Counted from the first letter of the stretch, positions 54,644 to 63,635 are shown. The stretch is 64,000 nt of DNA from an uncultured Gammaproteobacteria bacterium (GCA_964527115.1 CAZGPK010000003.1:13189-77188); one strand, 5' to 3'. Notes: generated from the sequence alone by a model not told the origin. Program-made: numbers and translations.

Positions 54644-56108
54644 GGAAAAAAGGGGCTGGTGGCTGTGGGGGTTGTGGCTCGTTTCTTTTTTTCTGTTGCG
54701 CTTGCCAAGTTTGTTTGAGCCTTACTGGTATGGAGATGAGGGGATATATTTAACACTGGGAGCGGGAATTAGGAAGGGCGTGGCTTTGTATCAAGAAATA
54801 CATGACAATAAACCGCCGCTTCTTTATATTTTGGCGGCTATGGGGAAAACTGTTTTCGGGTTTAGACTCTTGCTTTCGGTTTGGATGCTCACAAGTTATG
54901 CAATCGCCTACCAATTGTTTTTGAAAGTTTTTGGTAAAAGAGCGGTGGCAGTTGTTTTAACTTGGCTTTTTTTGGCAGTAAGCTCAGTGCCTTTTCTGGA
55001 GGGAAATATTGCCAATAGCGAAATTTTTATGTTGGGGCCAAGCTTGGCGGCAGCTTGGCTTTTGTGGCCAATAGAAAAACTTAAAGAAAAACAAAGCTTC
55101 CGGGCAGGAATTTTTTTGGGAATAGCTCTTATTTTAAAAATGCCAGCTCTTTTTAGTTTGGCGGCTTTGGCCTTTTGGGTAGCAAGTGAAGAGAATCTTT
55201 CTTTAAAAAAGAGGGTTAGTCTTTTGTTTTGGCTGGGGGTGGGGGTGTTTATTCCTTTATTTTTGACAATTATTTGGTTTTTACTAAGTGGAGGTTTAGG
55301 AGCCTATTTGGCGGCGGCCTGGGGACAGAACATAGGGTACCTTTCCTCTTGGAGTACGGGGAGTCATGGTGGGGGGATGGGAAACGGGGTGAAGTTTCGG
55401 GCAATTGCTCTAGTCCTTTTTTGGATTGGGGCGTGGATTTTTAAAAAAAGATGGGGGAAGGGACTGTGGGCAGGAATGATATGGCTTTCGGCAGAGATGT
55501 TTGGAGCGGCTTTGTCGGGGCGGCCCTATCCGCATTACCTGATTGGGTCGCTACTGCCTAGTTTTTGGATACTGGGATGGCTTTGGGTGGGAAAAGACTC
55601 GGGGAAAGAAAAATTGGCAATTTTAGCCTTGTCTCTGGGACTTTGGATTGGAGTAATTAAAGCTTTTGATTTTTATTTTTACCCGGTAGAGAGTTATTAT
55701 CAAAATTTTTATGGTTGGATGGGGGGTAAAAAAAGCAGAGAGGAATACAGGAAGTATTTTGGGGAGCAAATCTTGGAAAATGACAGAATTGTGGAGATTA
55801 TTAAAAAGGAAACAGAAGAAGAAGAGAGAATATTTGTCTGGGCAGACCGGCCCTATCTTTATGCTGAAAGCGGGCGCTTGCCGGCTTCGCGTTTCACGGT
55901 GGCCTATCACATAGTGGATTTTGGGGGCCAAGAGGAGCTTTTGCGGGCATTGAGAGAAGAATGGCCAAAGTTGGTGGTATGGGAGGAAAAAGAAAACAGA
56001 AAGTTTGAGGAGCTGAAAAAGATTCTTGATAATTATTATTCACCTATATATGGTGCGGGGAAGATAATAATCTATAAATTAAACGAGGGGGAAGTGGGAA
56101 TAATTTAA
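54612..56108 (+). CDS. GT-C-type (ArnT/PMT-like) polytopic glycosyltransferase
   Basis: The first loop has YWYGDEGIYLTLGAG...DNKPPLLYIL. About 12 TM and a C-terminal soluble domain. The likely start is the ATG at 54618. Confidence 0.6.
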   Translation: MTMSQLRKKLKEKRGWWLWGLWLVSFFLLRLPSLFEPYWYGDEGIYLTLGAGIRKGVALYQEIHDNKPPLLYILAAMGKTVFGFRLLLSVWMLTSYAIAYQLFLKVFGKRAVAVVLTWLFLAVSSVPFLEGNIANSEIFMLGPSLAAAWLLWPIEKLKEKQSFRAGIFLGIALILKMPALFSLAALAFWVASEENLSLKKRVSLLFWLGVGVFIPLFLTIIWFLLSGGLGAYLAAAWGQNIGYLSSWSTGSHGGGMGNGVKFRAIALVLFWIGAWIFKKRWGKGLWAGMIWLSAEMFGAALSGRPYPHYLIGSLLPSFWILGWLWVGKDSGKEKLAILALSLGLWIGVIKAFDFYFYPVESYYQNFYGWMGGKKSREEYRKYFGEQILENDRIVEIIKKETEEEERIFVWADRPYLYAESGRLPASRFTVAYHIVDFGGQEELLRALREEWPKLVVWEEKENRKFEELKKILDNYYSPIYGAGKIIIYKLNEGEVGII

Positions 56109-56483
56109 ATGTCAACAAAGTTAGCGCGCTTTTTGGGAAGATTGGGAGTGGTTTGGGAAGACAAATGGCTTATCTCCTGGTGGGTAATGTCAACGGTCCT
56201 GATTGTGCTGCAGTTTGCCTTAATTGCTTATTTTTACCAAGGCCTGCCGGGCAAGGTGCCTCTATTTTATAGCTTAAGATGGGGAGAGGGGCAATTAGTA
56301 TCACCGCTTAGTCTTTTTTTAGTACCAAGTTTTGCTTTTTTAGTGCTTTTTTTGAACATTTTTCTTTTGGCTCCGGTGGTGAAAAATAAGAAGTTTTTGG
56401 TAATGCTTTTGGGTATTTTTTGTTTTTTGGTTTCTTTTTTAGGGACAATTGCGGTGGCAAAAATTATTTCTCTGGTAGTTTAA
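56109..56483 (+). CDS. Small 4-TM membrane protein, unknown function
   Basis: 124 aa. Its start abuts the upstream stop codon (TAAATG). Hydrophobic segments only. Confidence 0.4.
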   Translation: MSTKLARFLGRLGVVWEDKWLISWWVMSTVLIVLQFALIAYFYQGLPGKVPLFYSLRWGEGQLVSPLSLFLVPSFAFLVLFLNIFLLAPVVKNKKFLVMLLGIFCFLVSFLGTIAVAKIISLVV

Positions 56484-56486
56484 AAA

Positions 56487-57548
56487 ATGCTGGCTGTTTT
56501 TTGGAAACCGTTTTTAATTGCCGGAATAGTGAGTTTGGGAGTACAGCCTGCAGTAATTTGGTTTTTCAGAAAAAAGGGGTGGATGGAGAATATAAAAGAA
56601 AAGCAGAGAAAGCTGGGGAATGTGACAGCAATAAAACCGGTACCAAGAGGAGCGGGATTGGGGATATTTCTGGGGGTAACGCTGGCCCTGACAGTAAGCC
56701 TGAAACTTGATAAACACATGGCAGGGGTGATATGGGGGGCTTTACTGCTTTTGATAGTGGGTTTAAGAGATGATGTACGTGACGTTAGTCCAAAAATTAG
56801 ATTGTTAGCTAATTTCCTGGCTGCAGGATTGGTAGTAGCCAGTGGAATCGGGATTGCGCTGGTGAGCAATCCCCTGGGTGGGGTGATTGATCTTTCCTGG
56901 CCCAGATGGCAATTTTTTTTGGCCGGGCGGGGGCATGAGGTGTGGTTTTTGGCTGATTTTCTGGCAGTAGTTTGGATAGTTTACTGCACTAATGCCGTGG
57001 GCTGGGCTACCGGGGTCCAAGGACAGCTGCCAGGATTTGCCATTATTTCAGCACTGGTGATTGGGATTTTAGGGCTTAAATTTTCACAGGACATTACCCA
57101 ATGGCCGGTAATTATCCTGGCCGGGGCGGTAGCGGGGGCTTATACCGGTTTTCTGCCTTATAATTTCTTCCCACAAAAAATGCAGCCGGGTTATTCTGGG
57201 AAAAGTTTGGCCGGATATTTTTTGGCGGTTTTGGCAATACTATCGGGGGCAAAGCTGGCAACGGTAATTTTGGTGCTGGGAATTCCTGTTTTGGACGCAG
57301 CTTACGTGGGGCTGGGGCGACTTAAAAAAAGAAAGGTTCCCTGGAAAGGAGGGGCAGAGCATTTCCATCACCTGCTTTTAAAAACAGGATGGAGCCAGAA
57401 GAAAGTAACGCTTTTTTATTGGGCGGTTTCGGCGGGACTGGGAGCGGTGGCGCTTTGCTTAAACAGTCGGCAAAAATTCTATACTTTAATTGGCCTGGGG
57501 TTGGTATTGGGATACGGAATTGATCGGCTCAATAGAGTAAAAACTTAA
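56487..57548 (+). CDS. Polyprenyl-phosphate N-acetylhexosamine-1-phosphate transferase (MraY/WecA family)
   Basis: LLIVGLRDDVRDVSPKIRLLANF (DD motif), 10-11 TM and a C-terminal HFHH motif (AEHFHHLLLKTG). Confidence 0.75.
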   Translation: MLAVFWKPFLIAGIVSLGVQPAVIWFFRKKGWMENIKEKQRKLGNVTAIKPVPRGAGLGIFLGVTLALTVSLKLDKHMAGVIWGALLLLIVGLRDDVRDVSPKIRLLANFLAAGLVVASGIGIALVSNPLGGVIDLSWPRWQFFLAGRGHEVWFLADFLAVVWIVYCTNAVGWATGVQGQLPGFAIISALVIGILGLKFSQDITQWPVIILAGAVAGAYTGFLPYNFFPQKMQPGYSGKSLAGYFLAVLAILSGAKLATVILVLGIPVLDAAYVGLGRLKKRKVPWKGGAEHFHHLLLKTGWSQKKVTLFYWAVSAGLGAVALCLNSRQKFYTLIGLGLVLGYGIDRLNRVKT

Positions 57549-57584
57549 TCAGAGTAAAAACTTAATCAGAGTAAAAACTTAATC
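57534..57584. repeat. Perfect 17-bp x3 tandem repeat overlapping the stop codon of the WecA-like gene
   Basis: agagtaaaaacttaatc occurs at 57534, 57551 and 57568. Unit 1 encodes ...RVKT-stop. Confidence 0.95.
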
Positions 57585-57601
57585 GCATTAGTTGGGGAAA
57601 G

Positions 57602-58432
57602 CTATTCGGTGGGGGTGGGGGTGATTTTTTTGGCGTATCGACCAGAGATCCAGCCTTTGCTGCCGTCTTCTAGCTCAATTTGATACCAGTCATTTTCTTC
57701 TCCTAAAAAAGGAAAGATGTCGCCAGGGTCAATTTTGGCAGTTTCTGAGGCGGTGGTGGCAGGACCGGAGCGGACACGAAGCCAACCGGTAGGAGTATCA
57801 AGAATTTCAACCTGTTCTGAGGTGGTGGTGGCAGAGGCTGAGGCCGAGTCCTGTCCAGAAAGATCGGAGGCAGGAAGATCGTCGTGGGCGAGCTTAACTT
57901 CAGCTACCAGGCGAAATGATTTGATGGGGCGGGCGAGAATTTCTTCAGTTTGATAGCCGGGGAAGGAGAGCATTATTTGGGTGTCTTGCTCGGGGAGATT
58001 TTCTAAGGGAAGCGGAGTAATCCCCTTCATCTGGCCGTCAATGGAAATACTGGCGCCGTCAGGACGGGAAGTGATAATGAGGCTGGCTTCGTCTTTTTTA
58101 CTAGATTTTTCAAAATAGAGGAGTTGACTACTGTCTTTATCTAAAACTGCAGAAAATTCATAGGAGACGATAGTGGTAGTACCTCGATTCAAAATGAGCT
58201 TACGGGACCATTCAGTGAGAGAGGGATCTTGGGGAACCAGGCGAAGAGTAAGTTCTCCTGGCTTAAGATCGGTTTTTTTAAAGGGGGTAGTGCCTAAATC
58301 CTCGTCATCTAAGAAAACTTTAGCTTGGGGATAAGAGCTTATTTCAAGACCAGCCTTTTGACCAGAAAGGGAACAGCCTCCCAAAAGGAGGGGAATGGAG
58401 ATAAGAGCGGTGAAAAAAGAAAGCTTCTTCAT
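57602..58432 (-). CDS. Lipoprotein with two PEGA domains and a C-terminal SH3b domain
   Basis: Lipobox LLLGGC after MKKLSFFTALISIP (start at M80 of the track ORF). PEGA-like ISSYPQAKVFLDDEDLGTTP and ITSRPDGASISIDGQMKGITP. SH3b-like GWLRVRSGP...WYQIEL. Confidence 0.65.
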   Translation of the reverse strand: MKKLSFFTALISIPLLLGGCSLSGQKAGLEISSYPQAKVFLDDEDLGTTPFKKTDLKPGELTLRLVPQDPSLTEWSRKLILNRGTTTIVSYEFSAVLDKDSSQLLYFEKSSKKDEASLIITSRPDGASISIDGQMKGITPLPLENLPEQDTQIMLSFPGYQTEEILARPIKSFRLVAEVKLAHDDLPASDLSGQDSASASATTTSEQVEILDTPTGWLRVRSGPATTASETAKIDPGDIFPFLGEENDWYQIELEDGSKGWISGRYAKKITPTPTE

Positions 58433-58493
58433 GTGTTCATAGTTTACAAAGTAAAGAACTCTTTGGCAAGGTTGGCGATTTACGTTTATACTA

Positions 58494-58874
58494 ATGAGAA
58501 TGATAGCTGGTTCCCCAGAAAGACTAGGAGAGAAAGAGAGAGAGAAACAAGCCCCACAGGAAGGGGTGGTGGATTTAATTTTACGGCAGGAGGCGGAAGA
58601 AGTAGAAATACCAAAAGAGGTAGAGAGTTGGCTTGAGAAAATAGAGAAAAAGGAGGCAAAGGTGCCCAAAGTGACAGATGATCAGGGGCAAATGATAATC
58701 AAAGCGGCAGAAGAGGAGGAGATAAAAGTAGTTTTACCCATGAGCAAAAAACAGTTTGCAATGGGGCTTAAGGAGAAAACCGGAAAGGCAACAAGGTGGC
58801 TGGCAGAGCAGTGCTTCAGATTAATAAAGATATATAAGGGAAAGGTGCGCTTTAAAAAAGGAGAGACAGAATGA
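58494..58874 (+). CDS. Hypothetical charged protein, translationally coupled to the downstream ATPase
   Basis: 126 aa, Glu/Lys-rich. ATGA overlap with the 58871 start. No motif recognised. Confidence 0.35.
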   Translation: MRMIAGSPERLGEKEREKQAPQEGVVDLILRQEAEEVEIPKEVESWLEKIEKKEAKVPKVTDDQGQMIIKAAEEEEIKVVLPMSKKQFAMGLKEKTGKATRWLAEQCFRLIKIYKGKVRFKKGETE

Positions 58875-61198
58875 ATAGTTTGGGAAATTTAATCAGCAGT
58901 ATTTTGATTGCTGCTATCCTGCTTTTGGCGGCAGCAGCATTGTTGGGGATACTTGGATATTTGGCAGTTTTATGGCTTAGATGGAAAGACCGGGAAAAGA
59001 AATCGTTGGAATTTTTACTTTTACAAATTTCAGTACCTCACGAGAACGAAGTGAAGATTGACGCAATGGAACAGATTCTGGGATCTTTGACCTCTCTTTA
59101 TTCGGGACCAAAATTTAAATTCTTAAAAATTTTTCATATACAAAGCTATCTTTCACTGGAGATTGTGGCAACTTGTGAGGATATTCGCTTCTATGTTGCC
59201 TGCCACAGGAAAAACAAGGAATTAGTGGAAAGGCTGGTGCATGGAGTCTATAACGGAGCGGAGGTACAGGAAGTGGAGGAACATAATATATTCAGCTCGG
59301 GTGGAGCAGTGGCTTATGCCTGGTTGGGACTTAAAAAAGAGAATCACTATCCCTTGAAGACGTATAAGGAGATGGCAACTGACCCATTGGCGGCATTGGC
59401 GGCCGCGATGGGAAAGGTGCAAGAGGGAGAAGGGGTGGCAATACAGTTTTTAATTCAGCCGGCGGGGGACAAGTGGAAAAAGCAAGGAAGGGGTTTCGTG
59501 TCCTCCACCAAAAAGAGTGAATCTAACCCCGAGGAGGCCAGCTTTAAAGTAGATGCCAGACAGCTTGAGGCAATAGAAAACAAACTGGGGAAAGCGGGAT
59601 TTGATACCGCAATCCGAATTGTGGTCTGCGCCAAAACACGAGAAATCGCCAAAGCCCAGCTTTCCGACATTAAAGCAGTTTTTTCACAGTTTGACTCTCC
59701 TTGGAATAGCTTAAAGGGCAGAAAAATCAGAATCCCTTATAGTTTTATGACTGACTATATTTATCGCTATCCCCCATTCTCCTGGAAACAGGGAGAGAGC
59801 GTCTTAAGCTCTGATGAGTTGGCCTCTCTTTATCACTTTCCAAATAAGACAATAGAAGCACCTAATATCCACTGGTTAAAGTCAAAGAGGGCAGTAATGC
59901 CAGTAATGGCGCCGACTTCCGGCCTTTACGTGGGAGACAATATTTATCGTGGGGCAAGCCGAAAATTTTACATGGGCGAAGATGACAGGCAAAGGCATTT
60001 CTATATTGTAGGACAGACAGGAGTGGGAAAAAGCTGGCTTTTGGCCGATATGGCCCTGCAGGACATAAAGGCGGGGAAAGGGGTTTGTTTTATTGATCCG
60101 CACGATACTTTTGAGGCAGTGTTGGCCAGAATCCCCCCAGAGAGAGCTGAGGACGTCATCTATTTTGACCCCTCACAGACAGATAGACCAATGGGTTTAA
60201 ACATTATGGAGACTGAGACAGAAGACCAAAAACACTTTGTAGCCAGCTCGATTATAAATTTGATGTACAAGCTTTATGACCCCTATAAAACAGGGATTGT
60301 GGGTCCACGTTTTGAGCATGCTATCCGCAATGCCATGCTGACGGTGATGACAGAGCCGGGGAGTACTTTTGTGGAGGTGGTACGCTGTCTGACTGACCCC
60401 AAGTATGTGCAAGAGCTCTTGCCCAAGGTAGATGACCCAATGGTGCGGCGCTATTGGACAGACCAGATAGCGCAGACTGCTGATTTTCATAAATCAGAGA
60501 CCTTGGACTATATCGTATCTAAATTTGGGCGCTTTGTGACCAATAAAATGATGCGAAACATTATCGGGCAATCAAAAAGTGCCTTTGATTTTAGAAAAGT
60601 GATGGACGAGGGAAAGATTTTGGTTATTAATTTGGCCAAGGGGAGTATTGGAGAGGAAAATTCAAGCTTTCTGGGGCTTCTGCTTATCCCTAAAATTTTA
60701 ATGGCGGCGATGAGCCGGCAAAATGTACCGGAAGAGCAGAGACGTGATTTTTACCTTTACGTAGATGAGTTTCAAAACTTTGCCACTCAAGACTTTGCCC
60801 AAATTTTGTCGGAGGCAAGAAAATTTCACCTTAATCTGACAGTAGCTAACCAGTTTATCTCGCAGATGGAAGATGAGGTAAAAAATGCTGTTTTTGGAAA
60901 TGTGGGAACAATCTGTACTTTTAGAGTGGGAATTTCCGATGCAAACTTTTTAATAAGGCAGTACCAGCCAACCTTTAGTGAGCATGACCTTTTAAATTTG
61001 GAAATGGCCAATGCCTACATGAAGACGATTATAAACGGGACACCGGTTGACCCTTTTTCGGTAAAAATTGCCGCCGAAGAAAGAAAGGTTCCCGGAAATC
61101 CAAAAGTGGCAGAAATGGTGAAAAAGCTAAGCTCACTTAAATATGGACAGCCAAGAATTGTGGTTGAGGCAGAGATTGCCAGAAGAGCAAGACTTTAG
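58871..61198 (+). CDS. Membrane-anchored VirD4/TraD/TraG-like (type IV coupling-protein-like) P-loop ATPase
   Basis: N-terminal TM pair. Walker A IVGQTGVGKSW and Walker B FYLYVDEFQNF. The HLNLTVANQ arrangement is typical of T4SS-DNA-transfer ATPases. Confidence 0.7.
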   Translation: MNSLGNLISSILIAAILLLAAAALLGILGYLAVLWLRWKDREKKSLEFLLLQISVPHENEVKIDAMEQILGSLTSLYSGPKFKFLKIFHIQSYLSLEIVATCEDIRFYVACHRKNKELVERLVHGVYNGAEVQEVEEHNIFSSGGAVAYAWLGLKKENHYPLKTYKEMATDPLAALAAAMGKVQEGEGVAIQFLIQPAGDKWKKQGRGFVSSTKKSESNPEEASFKVDARQLEAIENKLGKAGFDTAIRIVVCAKTREIAKAQLSDIKAVFSQFDSPWNSLKGRKIRIPYSFMTDYIYRYPPFSWKQGESVLSSDELASLYHFPNKTIEAPNIHWLKSKRAVMPVMAPTSGLYVGDNIYRGASRKFYMGEDDRQRHFYIVGQTGVGKSWLLADMALQDIKAGKGVCFIDPHDTFEAVLARIPPERAEDVIYFDPSQTDRPMGLNIMETETEDQKHFVASSIINLMYKLYDPYKTGIVGPRFEHAIRNAMLTVMTEPGSTFVEVVRCLTDPKYVQELLPKVDDPMVRRYWTDQIAQTADFHKSETLDYIVSKFGRFVTNKMMRNIIGQSKSAFDFRKVMDEGKILVINLAKGSIGEENSSFLGLLLIPKILMAAMSRQNVPEEQRRDFYLYVDEFQNFATQDFAQILSEARKFHLNLTVANQFISQMEDEVKNAVFGNVGTICTFRVGISDANFLIRQYQPTFSEHDLLNLEMANAYMKTIINGTPVDPFSVKIAAEERKVPGNPKVAEMVKKLSSLKYGQPRIVVEAEIARRARL

Positions 61199-62079
61199 AG
61201 TTCTTTAAGTTTAATACCCAGGGCCTGACTGGTACCGCTGGTAAGGGAAAGATATTTTTCAGTGGTGGAGATACGCTTGTGGCCGACGACGCGGGAGACA
61301 ATGTCAATGGGAACACCTGATTCAAGCTGAAAAACGATGAAGGTGTTGCGCAGGTCGTTGACCTTAACATCTTTAATATCAGCTCGGGAAAAATAGCGAT
61401 TCAAGAGGCTTCTTATGTTTCTCACCAAAAGAGGGCGGCCGGTTTTGGTAACAAAGACGCTTTTATTTTTGGAGTCTTGGCGCTCTTCCTGAATATAGCG
61501 GCGGAGAGCGGCGCGGGCTGATTGATTTAAGGGGACGCCTCGCTCAAAATGGGATTCGTAGGCTTTGATGAAAAGTTCGTTGTCTTTGATATCTTCCAAG
61601 TGTAAATCGGCAATTTCACTGATGCGCAGACCGCATTGAAGCATAAGCTCAACTAAGGCGGTCGCACGCAGATCATGGCGACAGGCGTCGCGAAGAGCCC
61701 GGTATTCCATGGGTTTTAAAATATTGGGAATACTAGTTTTGTACTGGGGGTGTTTAATTTCACGAGAAGGGTCATCAGTAACGACGCCTTCTTTTTGGAG
61801 AAAGGAGAAGAAGTTTTTAATGGAATTTAGTTTACGAGAGACCGACTTGGCAGTATAGTTGTTTTTGGAGAGATTTTTCTTAAAATCTTCAATTTGCTGT
61901 TGGGTTATTTCAGGAATGCTTTTGATGCCGACCGATTGAAGATATTTAACTAGTTGGGAAATATCTCCCTTGTAGGCGATAATGGTATTGGAAGAACGGC
62001 CAATACTTTCCAGATGTGAAGTAAAAAGGGCTAAAGATTTGTCAAGATCAAGCATGTTTAAGGAGTTTTGGTCGCTCAT
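61195..62079 (-). CDS. Tyrosine recombinase (XerC/XerD-like integrase)
   Basis: SAM-like N-domain. Catalytic region with GLRISEI (Arg) and VVGHKRISTTEKYLSL (H..R...Y). Confidence 0.85.
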   Translation of the reverse strand: MSDQNSLNMLDLDKSLALFTSHLESIGRSSNTIIAYKGDISQLVKYLQSVGIKSIPEITQQQIEDFKKNLSKNNYTAKSVSRKLNSIKNFFSFLQKEGVVTDDPSREIKHPQYKTSIPNILKPMEYRALRDACRHDLRATALVELMLQCGLRISEIADLHLEDIKDNELFIKAYESHFERGVPLNQSARAALRRYIQEERQDSKNKSVFVTKTGRPLLVRNIRSLLNRYFSRADIKDVKVNDLRNTFIVFQLESGVPIDIVSRVVGHKRISTTEKYLSLTSGTSQALGIKLKEL

Positions 62080-62165
62080 TTGAATGAACTTATAATATCA
62101 CGGGTAAGGATAAAAAGCAATTTGAGGTAAAATGAATTATTTGATAAATTTTACAAAAGAAAATC

Positions 62166-62519
62166 ATGATTTTTAAGGGAGGATTAAGGCGCTGGTGGTG
62201 GGTTTTGTTGGCAGTACTTTTGCTGCAATCGGCAGGGAAGCTACAAAAAACTTGGCAAGTAAAAAGATATGTGCAAAAGCAGGAGGAAAAAGTGCTTTTG
62301 CTAGAAGAAGAATTGGCTCAGCAAAGAGAAAAGCAAATGTTTATCGGCGAAGAAGGCTACTGGGACAGGGAAGCAAAGAGTAAGCTGGGACTGGGAAGGG
62401 AAGAAGATAGGCTGTTGATCCTGCCGGAGGAGGTAAAGGTGGAAAAGGAATTTTGGAAGGAAAGCGGGGAAGGAGAAGCAGAAAATTGGGAGAAGTGGGT
62501 GAAGGTTTTTGTTTATTAA
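62166..62519 (+). CDS. FtsB/DivIC-like septum formation initiator candidate
   Basis: One N-terminal TM (WWWVLLAVLLL), a coiled coil, then REAKSKLGLGREEDRLLILP, resembling the conserved ar..Lgl..pgE tail. Confidence 0.45.
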   Translation: MIFKGGLRRWWWVLLAVLLLQSAGKLQKTWQVKRYVQKQEEKVLLLEEELAQQREKQMFIGEEGYWDREAKSKLGLGREEDRLLILPEEVKVEKEFWKESGEGEAENWEKWVKVFVY

Positions 62520-62528
62520 AATAAAAAG

Positions 62529-62602
62529 TAGCAGGGGACGGAATCGAACCGTCGACCTCGGGGTTATGACTCCCGTGCTCTAACCAACTGAGCTACCCTG
62601 CC
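62529..62602 (-). tRNA. tRNA with anticodon CAU (Met, fMet or Ile2 not distinguishable)
   Basis: Hand-folded 74-nt cloverleaf: acceptor GGCAGGG/CCCTGCT (G1-U72), D arm GCTC-AGTTGGTTA-GAGC, T arm GACGG-TTCGATT-CCGTC. The anticodon loop is GTCATAA with an A31-C39 mismatch. Confidence 0.85.
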
Positions 62603-62626
62603 AAGGGAAGTTGATAGGTAGATTTT

Positions 62627-62650
62627 AACAAAAATCCCGCTGGGGCGGGA
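62627..62650 (-). terminator. Small hairpin plus U-run between the two minus-strand tRNAs
   Basis: tcccgc-tggg-gcggga is followed on the minus strand by TTTTTGTT. Confidence 0.4.
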
Positions 62651-62660
62651 CTTTAAAATT

Positions 62661-62733
62661 TGGTTGCGGGGCCGGGAGTTGAACCCGGTCTGTGAGATTA
62701 TGAGCCTCACGTGCAGCCGTACACTACCCCGCA
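62661..62733 (-). tRNA. tRNA with anticodon CAU, CCA encoded (initiator-like acceptor end)
   Basis: Acceptor TGCGGGG/CCCCGCA followed by A and CCA. Short D arm GTGT-ACGGCT-GCAC. Anticodon arm TGAGG-CTCATAA-TCTCA. T arm CCGGG-TTCAACT-CCCGG. Confidence 0.8.
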
Positions 62734-62829
62734 CGCTTTGAAAACTTTAAGGAACAGGCTATTCTACCAAGCCTGCCTCAAGAAGACAAGGAAGCGGAAG
62801 GGAGTATTTTGGGGTAAAATATCGCCAGG

Positions 62830-62903
62830 GGGCGTGTAGCTCAGTTGGTCAGAGCGCCGATCTTATACATCGGTGGTCGATGGTTCAAATCCATCCACGC
62901 CCA
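62830..62903 (+). tRNA. tRNA-Ile with anticodon UAU
   Basis: Perfect cloverleaf: acceptor GGGCGTG/CACGCCC, D arm GCTC-AGTTGGTCA-GAGC, T arm GATGG-TTCAAAT-CCATC. The anticodon arm is CCGAT-CTTATAC-ATCGG. Confidence 0.85.
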
Positions 62904-62948
62904 CAAAATATGCATTTTAAAAGGTGGTAAAGAAAGACAAGAAACGGT

Positions 62949-63635
62949 TTAGGAGCTAAGGCTTAGACAATGGACTTGATGGGCACCTGCTTTTTTTAAG
63001 GCACGGGCGGCTTCAAGAAGAGTAGTGCCGGTAGTAGAAACATCATCAAAGACGAGAAGGTTCTGGTTTTTTAGAGGATAGAGGGGATTGGCCAGAAGGG
63101 CTAAGTGAAGGTTTTTAAGACGGGAGGAAGAAGAAAGTTTGGCTTGGGATTTGGTATAGCGACGGCGCAGGAGAAGGTCTGGTAAAAGTTTGAGTTTAAG
63201 ACTAACAGCCAGTTCTTCCGCCAAAAGAGCAGACTGGTTGAAACCACGCCAAGAGGTACGAAGAGGATGGAGAGGAATGGGAGCAAGAATAAAGTCGTGG
63301 CGCCAATTTTTCAAAAGCTCGGGGAATTTTAAAGAAATTTCCTGGGTGGCCAAAGAAGCCAGAGCCTGTGCTAGAGAGGAGACAAAGCGGTATTTGAGAC
63401 GCCAAATGGCTTTTTTTATGGGACCGGTATATGGAAAGAGAGAGATGAAAACTTCAGGAACAAGAGGAGAGAGACAGGGGCGATGGGTAAAACCTAGGGA
63501 GCTTGGACGGTGACAGATAGGGCAATACTGAACGGAGTGAGGAGGAAAGGCATGACGGCAATCGGGGCAGAGAAGGCTTCCTGGGCGCTGGCAGGCAAAG
63601 CAGGAGGGGGGAAACAAAAGGTCAGCCAGACTCAT
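62949..63635 (-). CDS. comFC: ComF-family phosphoribosyltransferase-domain protein (ComFC)
   Basis: N-terminal double Cys knuckles CFAC...CPDC...CPIC. C-terminal PRTase motif LLVFDDVSTTGTTL. Confidence 0.8.
   Translation of the reverse strand: MSLADLLFPPSCFACQRPGSLLCPDCRHAFPPHSVQYCPICHRPSSLGFTHRPCLSPLVPEVFISLFPYTGPIKKAIWRLKYRFVSSLAQALASLATQEISLKFPELLKNWRHDFILAPIPLHPLRTSWRGFNQSALLAEELAVSLKLKLLPDLLLRRRYTKSQAKLSSSSRLKNLHLALLANPLYPLKNQNLLVFDDVSTTGTTLLEAARALKKAGAHQVHCLSLSS

Noticed and set aside
58433-58669. N-terminal extensions of track ORFs 57602..58669, 44132..44461 and 570..2438.
   Set aside because: Internal starts give a lipoprotein signal peptide (58432), a perfect SD (44317) and the canonical MetRS N-terminus (2402). 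The extensions have no supporting features and run into neighbouring genes.
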